A DNA stretch of 64,000 nucleotides from Candidatus Eiseniibacteriota bacterium (GTDB lineage: Bacteria > Eisenbacteria > RBG-16-71-46): contig OY970342.1 in NCBI GenBank assembly GCA_963717505.1, positions 928,001-992,000 on the forward strand, in the 5' to 3' direction. The translations under genes were made by a program, and so were the position numbers. The first letter of the stretch is position 1; every line of letters begins with the position of its first letter. The notes below the pieces were generated by a model that had not been told where the DNA came from, did no database searches, and saw only the letters and a list, made by a program, of their open reading frames with translations. Positions 37,547 through 46,492 of this stretch are shown here, piece after piece.

Positions 37547-39909
37547 ACCTGATTCTCTGGGTGCACTCGGCGCTGGCGATCGTCCTGCTCGCCGGCGCCC
37601 GCCCCGACCCGCACGACACCGAGCACATCACCAATGGCTCGTTCGACCGCGGCATTTACGGCTGGGCCGACTTCGTCAGCGACCGGCCCGCCAATCGCCT
37701 GGTGGTCGAGGGGCCGGCGGACGACCGCCGCAATCCGGGGGCACACATCGCGATTCGCTCGGTGAGCGGCAGGCCACCGAAGTGGCACACCAACCTCGTT
37801 CAAGCGAATCAAGCGCTGCAGAAACTGAAGCCGCGTTCGACCTACGTGCTGCGCTTCCGCGCCCGCGCATCGTCGCCCCGCCGGTTGCAGGTGGCCCTCG
37901 CCCAGACGTTCAAACCGCACCGCAATCTCGGGCTCGACGCCGAGGTGCTGCTCGATTCCGAGCTCCGCGCCTACGACGTCCAATTTCGGACCGACTCGAT
38001 CATTCCGGCTCCAGGGCCGACCTCGTCCGGAGCGTGGCTGTCGTTCTTCGCCGACACCCTGCCCGGTGAGACCTGGATCGACGATGTGAGCCTGCGTCTG
38101 GCCTCGCCGGCCGTGGGCCTGAACGCGGGACGGACCGAGCAGCTCGCAACGTTCGAGCGCAATGAGGGCTGGCAGGCCAACCATCCGTTGCGACCGGTGA
38201 CGCTCGCCGACGGCGAGTCCGGGCTCGAAGTCCTGGTGGCCGCGAACGGACTGGCGTTCGTGAGTCGCGAGCGCTCGCTGCGGCTGCCGGACACCGCCTG
38301 GGACCTCGAGCTGCGCGTTCACTGCGAGGCGCCGGAGACGATCGGTCGCATCTCGGTCATGGCTCGTTCGGGCGAGGATCGCGGTCTCGATGACACCATC
38401 GTCTCGACCAGCGGGCTCCAGCGTGGCTGGAACACGCTGCGTTTCCCGCGCGAGCGATTCTATCGCCACTGGTTCAGCGGATTTCGCTGGGATCAGGTGC
38501 GAACTCTGGCCGTGCGCATCGAGGCGAACGCCAACGGCCCGGCGCGCATCGTCCTGGGCGAAGTGCGGGTCGTCCCGCGTCCCGCCGGCGCCCTGCCGCC
38601 GGTTCTGCGCTTCGTCGGTGTCGAAAGAGTGACGCCCCGGTGGGCGTTCGTCGTGTGCGAGACCGACGTCCCGGTCGCCGCCGAAGTCCACTTCGGGCCT
38701 GGCGTCGCCTACGGGCGTACGGTCGCCGCCCGCGCCAAGGCGCGACGCCATCGATTGCGTCTCGATGACCTCGAGCCCGGCACCCTCCAGCACGTTCGCG
38801 TCTTCGTGGACGGCGGCGTTTCGAGCGGCGATCTCGCGTTCCTGACGCCTCCCGACCGTCCGCCATTGCCGGCGCCCGAGCAGGACCCGAAGTTCGACGT
38901 CGGGCTCTACGGCGCCAATCAACTCGACGATCTGCGCCGCGCGGCCGGCTCGGCGTTCGACTGCTTCCAGAGCTACCAGCTGGCGAGCCCGGCCCACAAC
39001 ACCACCGCGGACGTAGTTCGCTACGTAGCGACCGCCGAATCCCTGGGCACGCGCGTGATCGTCGGCTTCGAAGTCGCCCGGATCAACGAGGGCGATCTGG
39101 ATTACGTGCGCGAGCGCGTCCGAACGCTGAAGGACCGGCCCGGTGTCCGTGGCTGGTACCTCTACGACGAGCCCGAGATGCATTCGGTCGAACCCGCGAC
39201 GCTCAAGGCCTGCTATCGGGAGATCAAGCAGGTGGACCCGCAGCACCCCGTATACATCGCCACCAGCTGGCTGGACGCCGACTACCCGCACCGCGGCGCG
39301 TTCGACGTCGCGATTCTCGACAAATTTCCGATTCCCTACGCCGGACCCGATGCGATCCTGCCTTCGCTCGAACAGGCACGGCGATCGGGCGAGTGGTTCC
39401 AGTTCGTATTCCAGGCGTACTCGGTGGACCTCGACCATCGCTGGCCGGCTACCGGGGCCGGCCCCGGGCGCTTCCCAACCCGCGACGAGATGCGGGTGAT
39501 GGCCTACTTGGCGATCAATCGCGGCGCCGCCGGCCTGTGGGCATTTTCCTATGACTACCTGCACTTCACGTCGGGGGCCGATTGGAAGTGGGTCGAGCTG
39601 ACCGACATCGCCCGCGAGCTGCGAGCCCTGGCGCCGGTGCTCGCGTCGCGCGACCGCCCGCGGCGGAAATCGTCGAACCCACCGCGCGAGTTGGACGTCG
39701 CGCTCAAGTCGTACCGCGGCGAGGACTACGTGATCACGGTCAACAAGAGCGCGTCACCCGTTTCGGCGACCGTGGCGCTTCCGGGCGCAGCCCTGACGTC
39801 GGTCGAGCGGGTGGATCAGGCGCCCGACGCCGGAACCGCGCGGGTCGACGCCGGCGGCATTGCCGATCAGTGGCAGCCGCGCGCCGTGCACGTGTACCGG
39901 GTGCGCTAG
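37543..39909 (+). CDS. Secreted modular protein: CBM4/9-like + Fn3-like + putative glycoside hydrolase barrel
   Basis: GTG start overlapping the queG stop; ITNGSFD...YVLRFRARA...WIDDVSL; HRLRLDDLEPGT; GWYLYDEP; AINRGAAGLWAFSY. Confidence 0.7.
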   Translation: MNLILWVHSALAIVLLAGARPDPHDTEHITNGSFDRGIYGWADFVSDRPANRLVVEGPADDRRNPGAHIAIRSVSGRPPKWHTNLVQANQALQKLKPRSTYVLRFRARASSPRRLQVALAQTFKPHRNLGLDAEVLLDSELRAYDVQFRTDSIIPAPGPTSSGAWLSFFADTLPGETWIDDVSLRLASPAVGLNAGRTEQLATFERNEGWQANHPLRPVTLADGESGLEVLVAANGLAFVSRERSLRLPDTAWDLELRVHCEAPETIGRISVMARSGEDRGLDDTIVSTSGLQRGWNTLRFPRERFYRHWFSGFRWDQVRTLAVRIEANANGPARIVLGEVRVVPRPAGALPPVLRFVGVERVTPRWAFVVCETDVPVAAEVHFGPGVAYGRTVAARAKARRHRLRLDDLEPGTLQHVRVFVDGGVSSGDLAFLTPPDRPPLPAPEQDPKFDVGLYGANQLDDLRRAAGSAFDCFQSYQLASPAHNTTADVVRYVATAESLGTRVIVGFEVARINEGDLDYVRERVRTLKDRPGVRGWYLYDEPEMHSVEPATLKACYREIKQVDPQHPVYIATSWLDADYPHRGAFDVAILDKFPIPYAGPDAILPSLEQARRSGEWFQFVFQAYSVDLDHRWPATGAGPGRFPTRDEMRVMAYLAINRGAAGLWAFSYDYLHFTSGADWKWVELTDIARELRALAPVLASRDRPRRKSSNPPRELDVALKSYRGEDYVITVNKSASPVSATVALPGAALTSVERVDQAPDAGTARVDAGGIADQWQPRAVHVYRVR

Positions 39910-40328
39910 CTCTTGAGCGGCGTCCCCGTCACCCACTCCGAGTCACCCTCGCCAAAGTGCTCGCGCTTCCAGATCGGCGCGCGGGTTTTGACCTCATCCA
40001 TCGCACGCCGGCAGGCGTCGAACGCCGCGGCCCGATGGTGCGCCGCGACCACCACCGCGACACTGGCTTCGCCGGCCGGCACCTCGCCCAGCCGATGGAC
40101 GATGCGGCACGAGGCGATGGCGAACTGCTCGAGGGTCTCGCGTTCGATCGTGCTCAGCACTTCGAGCCCCATCGGCTCGTAGGCTTCGTACGACAAGCGA
40201 AGCACCGTGCGCCCGTCGTGGTGGTTGCGGGTGGTGCCGAGGAACAGGTCGATCGCGCCGCAGTCGGGTCGTGCCGCCTCGCGCAGCAGACGGGCGGCAT
40301 CGATCGCCACGTGAGTGAACTCAGCCAC
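39906..40328 (-). CDS. moaE: Molybdopterin synthase catalytic subunit
   Basis: GAIDLFLGTTRN, LSYEAY, HRLG, KTRAPIWKRE. Confidence 0.95.
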   Translation of the reverse strand: MAEFTHVAIDAARLLREAARPDCGAIDLFLGTTRNHHDGRTVLRLSYEAYEPMGLEVLSTIERETLEQFAIASCRIVHRLGEVPAGEASVAVVVAAHHRAAAFDACRRAMDEVKTRAPIWKREHFGEGDSEWVTGTPLKS

Positions 40329-40965
40329 CTTTGCTCCGCCGCTTCGATGCGGGTTTCAGCTCGCGGCGCATGATGCGCCGGCTGGGCGAGGGCCGTGCGA
40401 CCTCTTCGAAACCCGCGGCTGCGAACGACGCGGGCACGCCGAACCAGGCGAACGCGTCGGGGCTGTTGCGCGACTTGGTTACGTAGGGGTAGCCCTCGAG
40501 CAGGGTCGCACCGTGATCGCGCGCGTATTTCGCCGCCGCTTCCAGCAACCGTGACGTCAGTCCCTTCCGCCGCCACTCCTTCGCAATGAAGAAGCAGACC
40601 ACCGACCAGACGGGCAGGTCGTCGATCGGCTGGAGCAGACGCGAGTGCAGGATGCGTGGATAGGTCTCGCGCGGCGCGAGCGCACACCATCCAACGGCTT
40701 CACCTCCGGCGTACGCGAGAATCCCGGGTTCCTCGCCCGCCTTCACGATTCGTTGGATGGCACGACGGTTCCCATCGCCGGAACCGGCCTGGTATTCGGC
40801 GCCACGCAGTCGCGGGTACATGCACCAGCACCCGGCGCAGCCACCGCGCGGCCCGAACAGCTGGACGAAGTCCGGCCAGCGCTCGGGCGTCAGCGGGTGG
40901 AAGGAGAGCGCGGGAGGGCGCGATCGCGTGCGCACCGACCGTCGGGCTCGAGGCGCCGCGCTCAT
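40321..40965 (-). CDS. GNAT family N-acetyltransferase
   Basis: PLTPERWPDF, GCAGCWCMY, VGWCALAPR, WRRKGLTSRLL, LEGYP. Confidence 0.9.
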   Translation of the reverse strand: MSAAPRARRSVRTRSRPPALSFHPLTPERWPDFVQLFGPRGGCAGCWCMYPRLRGAEYQAGSGDGNRRAIQRIVKAGEEPGILAYAGGEAVGWCALAPRETYPRILHSRLLQPIDDLPVWSVVCFFIAKEWRRKGLTSRLLEAAAKYARDHGATLLEGYPYVTKSRNSPDAFAWFGVPASFAAAGFEEVARPSPSRRIMRRELKPASKRRSKGG

Positions 40966-41207
40966 CCGCCGCTCACCGGCGGCAACAACGCCACCTCGGC
41001 GCCGTCTTTCAGGAGCGCCGACTCCATGGACAACTGCCCGTCGACTGCGATCGCGAGGTGCGCCCACAGGGGCTCGAGCGCCGGATGGTCGGCGCGCACG
41101 CGTTGCACCAGGTCGGCCACGCGGCTGCCCTCCGGCAGCTCGATCAGCCGCTCGGCGTGACCCGCGCGGTCGCGCGCCTGGGCGAAGAACAGAATTCGAA
41201 CCTTCAT
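40962..41207 (-). CDS. moaD: Molybdopterin synthase sulfur carrier subunit
   Basis: MKVRILFFAQARDRAG...EVALLPPVSGG (C-terminal Gly-Gly). Confidence 0.95.
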   Translation of the reverse strand: MKVRILFFAQARDRAGHAERLIELPEGSRVADLVQRVRADHPALEPLWAHLAIAVDGQLSMESALLKDGAEVALLPPVSGG

Positions 41208-41237
41208 TGGGTTGGACGCTCCCCAAAAGTGTGCCGT

Positions 41238-42464
41238 ATGCTTGCGGCAATGCGCGACTCGAATCAAGAGACCCCGGACGGTTCGCCCGATCCGGGCTCG
41301 ATCGACGCGCCCGCGAATCCGCCCCAGGCCGCGACGGATCCCGAATTGCCCGCGCCAGTGCGGAGTCCCGACGAGCCCGGCGCCCCCAACCCGGACCTCG
41401 AGTCGCCGCGGGCGACGCCGTCGGCGAGCCTGGTTCAGACCCCGGACATTGCCGCCGGACTGAGCCTTTGGCTGGTGCTGATCGTGGGCCTCGGTCTGGT
41501 CAGTGTCACCCTCGGTCAGACCGATGTCGCGATGCTCGCGGTGTTGTCGGGCCTGTGCGTCGCCGCCCAGTCGGCCGACGCCGATCCCCGATGGCGCGGG
41601 CTCCACACGCTCCTCGCCTGGATCGTCCCGGTCGGCGGCGCCGTCCTGCTCGGTATGATGGGCGTTCTGCTCGCGCAGAGCGACATCGGCGGGCCCGGGT
41701 CCGCCGCGATGATCGGCCTCTGCGTGGGCGGAGCCGCGACGAGCTTGCTGGTTGCGCTGCGCCCGTTCGCCAATGCGCTGACCGTGATGTGGTTCCGGGC
41801 GCCGCCATCGTACACGCTGCGCCTCGCGGCGCGCATCGTGTTCATCGGGCTGGTCACCGCGGTTCCGCTGTGGCTCGCGTTGCGCGTGTTGCTCGATTCG
41901 GTCATGGACGATCTCGGCTCGATGCTCGAGAGCGCGGGGCTGGGGCTCGGGCTCATCGGCTACGTTCTGCTCGCGTTCGCGTCGGTCGGCTGCTGGATTC
42001 GCCGGGATCTGCCGGCATCGATGGCACGCCTCGGGGTGGCGCCACTTCATCAGGGCCACGTCGTGGCGATCCTGCTGGGGGTCGGCGTTCTGCTCGTCTT
42101 CAACACCGGCCTGGAAGTCGTCCAGCGCCGGTTCTTCTCCGATTGGTGGCTCGAGGATCAGCAGATCAATCAGGCGATCCGCTCCGGTCTTGGCCTGCCC
42201 CAGATGCTGCTGCTCGGCGTCAGCGCCGGGATCGGAGAGGAAATCACGCTACGCGGCGCCTTGCAGCCACGGCTCGGACTGTTCTGGACGTCGCTGCTGT
42301 TCGCCGTCCTCCACGTCCAGTACTCGTGGTTCGGAATCGCCGTCATCTTCGCGATCGGGCTGATTCTCGGCGTGATCCGCAACCGCACGAACACCTCGGT
42401 CGCGATGGCGATCCACGCGCTCTACGACATCGTCGCGGTGCTGTCGATCGAGTCCCCCACGTAG
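41238..42464 (+). CDS. CPBP (Abi/CAAX) family intramembrane glutamic protease
   Basis: GIGEEITLRG, FAVLH, IHALYD; many TMs. Confidence 0.88.
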   Translation: MLAAMRDSNQETPDGSPDPGSIDAPANPPQAATDPELPAPVRSPDEPGAPNPDLESPRATPSASLVQTPDIAAGLSLWLVLIVGLGLVSVTLGQTDVAMLAVLSGLCVAAQSADADPRWRGLHTLLAWIVPVGGAVLLGMMGVLLAQSDIGGPGSAAMIGLCVGGAATSLLVALRPFANALTVMWFRAPPSYTLRLAARIVFIGLVTAVPLWLALRVLLDSVMDDLGSMLESAGLGLGLIGYVLLAFASVGCWIRRDLPASMARLGVAPLHQGHVVAILLGVGVLLVFNTGLEVVQRRFFSDWWLEDQQINQAIRSGLGLPQMLLLGVSAGIGEEITLRGALQPRLGLFWTSLLFAVLHVQYSWFGIAVIFAIGLILGVIRNRTNTSVAMAIHALYDIVAVLSIESPT

Positions 42465-42496
42465 CATGCCGCTCGTGCAGCCGGCGGGAAAACCGA

Positions 42497-43216
42497 CTAC
42501 GACAGGGTTTCCCCGGGGCGCAGTGCCACCACCTCGCTGGCGACGCCGAGCTTGCGCAGCTCCTCGCGCAGCGCGTCGGGCGTTCCCGTCAGGGCCGGGA
42601 ACGTGCCGTGGTGCATGGGCACGATGTACTTGGGCTTGAGCAAGCGCGCCGCCACCGCCGCCTCGCGCGGCGACATCGTGTACAAGTCGCCGATCGGCAG
42701 CAGCGCGATCTCCGGCGCATAGATCTCGCCGATCAGCGCCATGTCCGAGAACACCGCGGTGTCGCCGGCGTGGTAGATGCGCGTGCCGTCCTCGAGCGTG
42801 ACCACGAAGCCGCACGGCTCCCCGCCGTAGTGCAGCTGCGAGCCGTCTTCGATGCCACCGGAGTGCAGTGCCTGGGTCATGGTGAAGCGCACGCCGTGGA
42901 CCTCCTGCGTGCCGCCCTTGTTCATCGGCGACGTCGTGGTCACACCCTTGCGCTGGAGCCAGGCGTGGATTTCGTAGATGCAGACCACGGTCGGCCGATG
43001 TTTCTTGGCCAGGGTCACGGCGTCGCCCATGTGGTCGCCGTGGCCGTGCGAGATCGACATGATGTCGATCTTGTCGAATTGCTTCTGCCCCTGCGGGCAG
43101 GCCGGATTGCCCTCGACCCACGGATCCATGAGCACGGTCTTGGCGCCACGGGTCACCAGCCGGAAGGTGCTGTGGCCGAGCCAGGTCAGCGCGAAGCCGC
43201 GATTCAAGGTGGGCAT
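42497..43216 (-). CDS. Metallo-beta-lactamase-fold hydrolase (UPF0173)
   Basis: TWLGHS, SHGHGDH, YHAGDT, LPIGD, PMHHGTF. Confidence 0.92.
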   Translation of the reverse strand: MPTLNRGFALTWLGHSTFRLVTRGAKTVLMDPWVEGNPACPQGQKQFDKIDIMSISHGHGDHMGDAVTLAKKHRPTVVCIYEIHAWLQRKGVTTTSPMNKGGTQEVHGVRFTMTQALHSGGIEDGSQLHYGGEPCGFVVTLEDGTRIYHAGDTAVFSDMALIGEIYAPEIALLPIGDLYTMSPREAAVAARLLKPKYIVPMHHGTFPALTGTPDALREELRKLGVASEVVALRPGETLS

Positions 43217-43258
43217 GGACGGTGGCAGTCTACGCGCGGGTTCGCGGGGTCACAAACC

Positions 43259-43930
43259 CTAGTTGTGCGGGCCGGCCTCGCGCGGCGGATCCCCGGACTC
43301 CGGACGCCCGGAGCCGCGACGCAACACGCGTTCGATATGCTCGCGGATCGCGCGCCCGCGTTCGATCAAACTGTCCATCGCCAACAGCTCGAGCCGCTCT
43401 TCGGCGGGCAGGTCGCACGCCATGCAGATCGTGTTCACCAGGATCTCGTAGCGCAGGCTTCGGTCCACGCGACTCTCGGCCACCTCGCCCCCCACGGCGG
43501 CCAGCAGGCGCTCGAACGAATCGGCCAGCGCGCGCTTGTCGAGTTCGATCAATGGATCGTCGTCCGGATACGGATGCTGGGGCATCAACTCGATGCGCGC
43601 GGTTCGATACGGGAATTCGGACACGACCTTGCGGAAGCGCACGCGGGTGAGGCCGGTGACCTTGAGGTCGTAACAGTCGTTCGGCAGCCATTCGACTTCG
43701 TCGAAGCTCGCCAGGCATCCGAGCGCGTGGAACTCGGGGCTGCCGTGGTAGTCCAGCTCCCAGCCCGGCTTGAGCAGCGCCAGGGCCATGGTGCGATCCC
43801 CCGACAGCGCGTCGCGCACCATGGTGCGATAGCGCAGCTCGAACACGTGCAGGGCGAGCGTCGTGCCGGGGAACAGCACGGTGCCCGGAAGCGGAAACAC
43901 CGGCACCGTGTGCCGGGGCGCCGAAACCAC
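43259..43930 (-). CDS. LON peptidase substrate-binding domain protein
   Basis: VPVFPLPGTVLFPG..L.LHVFELRYRTMV. Confidence 0.9.
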   Translation of the reverse strand: MVSAPRHTVPVFPLPGTVLFPGTTLALHVFELRYRTMVRDALSGDRTMALALLKPGWELDYHGSPEFHALGCLASFDEVEWLPNDCYDLKVTGLTRVRFRKVVSEFPYRTARIELMPQHPYPDDDPLIELDKRALADSFERLLAAVGGEVAESRVDRSLRYEILVNTICMACDLPAEERLELLAMDSLIERGRAIREHIERVLRRGSGRPESGDPPREAGPHN

Positions 43931-44002
43931 GTCGATTCCCTCTTCGCGCGAACCGCGGCGTGCGCCGGCCCCGAGTGGGGCGCCGGCGATCCGCCGGGGG
44001 GT

Positions 44003-44479
44003 TCAGTCGCGCACGAAGTCGAGCACGTCGGCGATGTGGCCTTCGACCTTGACCCGCGGCCAGATCTGCGCCACGCGTCCGGTGCGGTCGATGACAAAAG
44101 TCGTGCGCTCGATGCCCATGTGCTTCTTGCCGTACAGGTTCTTCTGTTTGTAAACGCCGTACAGCTTCGAAACCGCGGTGTCTTCGTCGGCCAGTAGCGG
44201 GAACGGCAGGTGGAACTTGTCGCGGAACTTGTGATGCGACTCCATGGGATCGGTCGAGATTCCGAGGACCACGACGTTGTTTTGGTCGAACTCCGCGGAA
44301 TGATCGCGGAAATCGCAGGCTTCTTTGGTGCACCCCGGCGTGTCGTCCTTCGGGTAAAAGTAGAGGACGACGGTCTTCTTGCCCTTGAACTGCTTGAGCG
44401 TGATCGTCTCGCCGGTGCTTGCCGGCAGGCTGAAGTCCGGAGCCATCTTCCCGATCACGGGAAGCAGAGCCGTGGCCAT
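44003..44479 (-). CDS. bcp: Peroxiredoxin Bcp/PrxQ
   Basis: YFYPKDDTPGCTKEACDFRD. Confidence 0.95.
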   Translation of the reverse strand: MATALLPVIGKMAPDFSLPASTGETITLKQFKGKKTVVLYFYPKDDTPGCTKEACDFRDHSAEFDQNNVVVLGISTDPMESHHKFRDKFHLPFPLLADEDTAVSKLYGVYKQKNLYGKKHMGIERTTFVIDRTGRVAQIWPRVKVEGHIADVLDFVRD

Positions 44480-44520
44480 TCGTTTCCTCCGTCGGTGTTC
44501 GGGTTCGGGCCTCAAGCACA

Positions 44521-44544
44521 TCCGGGCTCCGCCTGGAGCCCGGA
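44521..44544. other. Intercistronic stem-loop between sod and bcp
   Basis: TCCGGGCTCC-GCCT-GGAGCCCGGA, perfect 10-bp stem; no clear U-tract. Confidence 0.5.
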
Positions 44545-44574
44545 TGGCATGGGCGGCGCGCGCCCGGAGTCGCT

Positions 44575-45189
44575 CTACCGGTGAACCGCCTGCATGGCGA
44601 GTGCGCGATCGAGGTTTTGCGCGACCACGTCCCAATCGAGATTGTTGAAGAACGCCTCGATGTACTTGGCGCGCGCACGACCGTAGTCGAGCCAGTACGC
44701 GTGCTCGTACACGTCGAGCGCGAGGACCGGCGTCGCGTTCCACAGCGGGAACGTGTTCTGGGCGTCGCCGACCACGGTGGTCAGCGTGCTCCAATCATGA
44801 TCGTAGGCCAGCCAGACCCAGCCACGGGCCGCGAGTCCCGAGGCCTTGAAGTCCGCGAGCCAGGCGTCGTAGGAAGGGAAGTCGCGCGCGATCATCTCCT
44901 TGAGCTTGCCGCCGGCAGCGCCGCCCTTGCCGCCCAGGTGCCCGAAGTAGATCTCGTGGTTCTTGACGCCGCCGGTGGCGAACGAGAGATCCACGCGCAG
45001 CGAGCGCAGGTCGCTGAAGATCTGGTTGGCGGTCGCGCGGTCGACGGTCGCGAGCTTTTCCTGGATTTCGTTGGTCTTGGCGACGTAGCCCTTGTAGAGC
45101 TCGTAGTGCTCTTCCATGGTTCGCGCCGAAATGCCGTTCAGTTCCTTGATCGACGCGAACGTCTTGGGAGTGAGTTTCGGGAATGGCAT
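44575..45189 (-). CDS. Fe/Mn superoxide dismutase (divergent, ChrC-like type)
   Basis: EEHYELYKGYV, KNHEIYF, LDVYEHAYWLDY. Confidence 0.9.
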   Translation of the reverse strand: MPFPKLTPKTFASIKELNGISARTMEEHYELYKGYVAKTNEIQEKLATVDRATANQIFSDLRSLRVDLSFATGGVKNHEIYFGHLGGKGGAAGGKLKEMIARDFPSYDAWLADFKASGLAARGWVWLAYDHDWSTLTTVVGDAQNTFPLWNATPVLALDVYEHAYWLDYGRARAKYIEAFFNNLDWDVVAQNLDRALAMQAVHR

Positions 45190-45335
45190 GGCCGTATCTC
45201 CTTCGGACTCCGGGGAGGCGCGACCCCGCCGCGATGGCGTACGGCCTCCGAGATTATGGGTCGGGGAATGTGACCCCGGGAGGCTATCCCCGTCTCGCGC
45301 GGAGTGTCAATCGCCGAATCCGCGCGCGACTTGCG

Positions 45336-45818
45336 TCAGTTCGCCGGATGCGCGGGTTCATCGCCGGGACGCGCACGCAAGCGCGACACGCCCCCGGTGA
45401 GTCCAGCGACCACCGAATCGCGCAGCGCCTCGAGGATTGGCCCGCTTTCCGGACAGGTCGGATCGTAGGTGCGGCAGGCCGCCAAGGTGTAGCCACATCC
45501 ACAGGTGCAGTTCCGCGCGTTCGCGAAGCGCACGAAATGCTCGAGCTGTCGCGGCGAGAGCCCGGCGACCTCGATCTGCTTGATGTCGTCCATCCAGCGT
45601 TGCTTGAGCTCGGTCGAGTCCACCGGAATCTGTCCCAATGCACGATCGATCACCGCGTCGCTCGAGTCGTCGAAAGCGGCCAGCGGATCGACCGGGGCCG
45701 GCGCGGGCGGGCTTGCTGCGCGCCAGTTGGCGAACCACGCGACCAGCCCCGCGAGCAGGGCGACCAAGGTCATCGCGGCGATCCAGGAAATGCGGCCATG
45801 TTGGCTTGCGTCCCTCAT
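45336..45818 (-). CDS. Membrane-anchored Cys-cluster hypothetical protein
   Basis: N-terminal TM; CTCGCGYTLAACRTYDPTCP. Confidence 0.7.
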   Translation of the reverse strand: MRDASQHGRISWIAAMTLVALLAGLVAWFANWRAASPPAPAPVDPLAAFDDSSDAVIDRALGQIPVDSTELKQRWMDDIKQIEVAGLSPRQLEHFVRFANARNCTCGCGYTLAACRTYDPTCPESGPILEALRDSVVAGLTGGVSRLRARPGDEPAHPAN

Positions 45819-45875
45819 GACCCTGAATGATAGTCGGCGCCCGATGAATCGTCACGACCAGCGCATCACAGCTCC

Positions 45876-46448
45876 ATGACCTGGACGCGCGGCGTTCCCG
45901 CGTCCGAGGCCAAGCCACCGCTGGATTCCATCTATCAGCGAATCGGCGGGGCGTCGTCGCGCGGTGCGGTCGCGAACCTGTGGCAGTCGATGGGATCCGA
46001 TCCCAAGACGCTCGAGGCCGCGTTCGTGCTCTATCGCACGCTGATGTCGGACCCGGCGCCGCTGACCCAGGCTCAGGCCGAGCTGATCGCGGTGGTCGTG
46101 TCGGCGACCAACGGCTGCGGCTACTGCGTCGCGCGCCGTGGCCCGCGCCTCGCTGCCGCACTTCAGAACGAAGCGCTCGCCCGCGCGGTGGCGCGCGACT
46201 ATCGCGAGGCCGACCTGCCGGCTCGCGATCGCGTGTTGCTCGACTATGCGGTGGCACTGACCTGCGAACCTTCCGAGCGCACCGCCGCCGATGTCGAGCG
46301 GGTTCGCGAGTACGGGTTCGACGACGCCGCGATCCTCAAAGCCACCGAGATCACCGCCTACTACAACTTCATCAATCGCGTCGCGAGCGGGTTGGGCGTG
46401 CCGCACGACGAGGGTGTGGAGCCGTGGGAGTTCGGCGCGCAGAAGTAG
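45876..46448 (+). CDS. AhpD/CMD-family peroxidase-related protein
   Basis: ELIAVVVSATNGCGYC; YYNFINRVASGLGV. Confidence 0.88.
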   Translation: MTWTRGVPASEAKPPLDSIYQRIGGASSRGAVANLWQSMGSDPKTLEAAFVLYRTLMSDPAPLTQAQAELIAVVVSATNGCGYCVARRGPRLAAALQNEALARAVARDYREADLPARDRVLLDYAVALTCEPSERTAADVERVREYGFDDAAILKATEITAYYNFINRVASGLGVPHDEGVEPWEFGAQK

Positions 46449-46492
46449 GAAGGCCAAACCGGACAACCCAGGCGGTGTTCACCGACTGACGT

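Noticed and set aside
40757-44197. 1146-aa plus-strand ORF
   Set aside because: It overlaps several well-supported genes and has low-complexity Arg/Ala/Pro composition.
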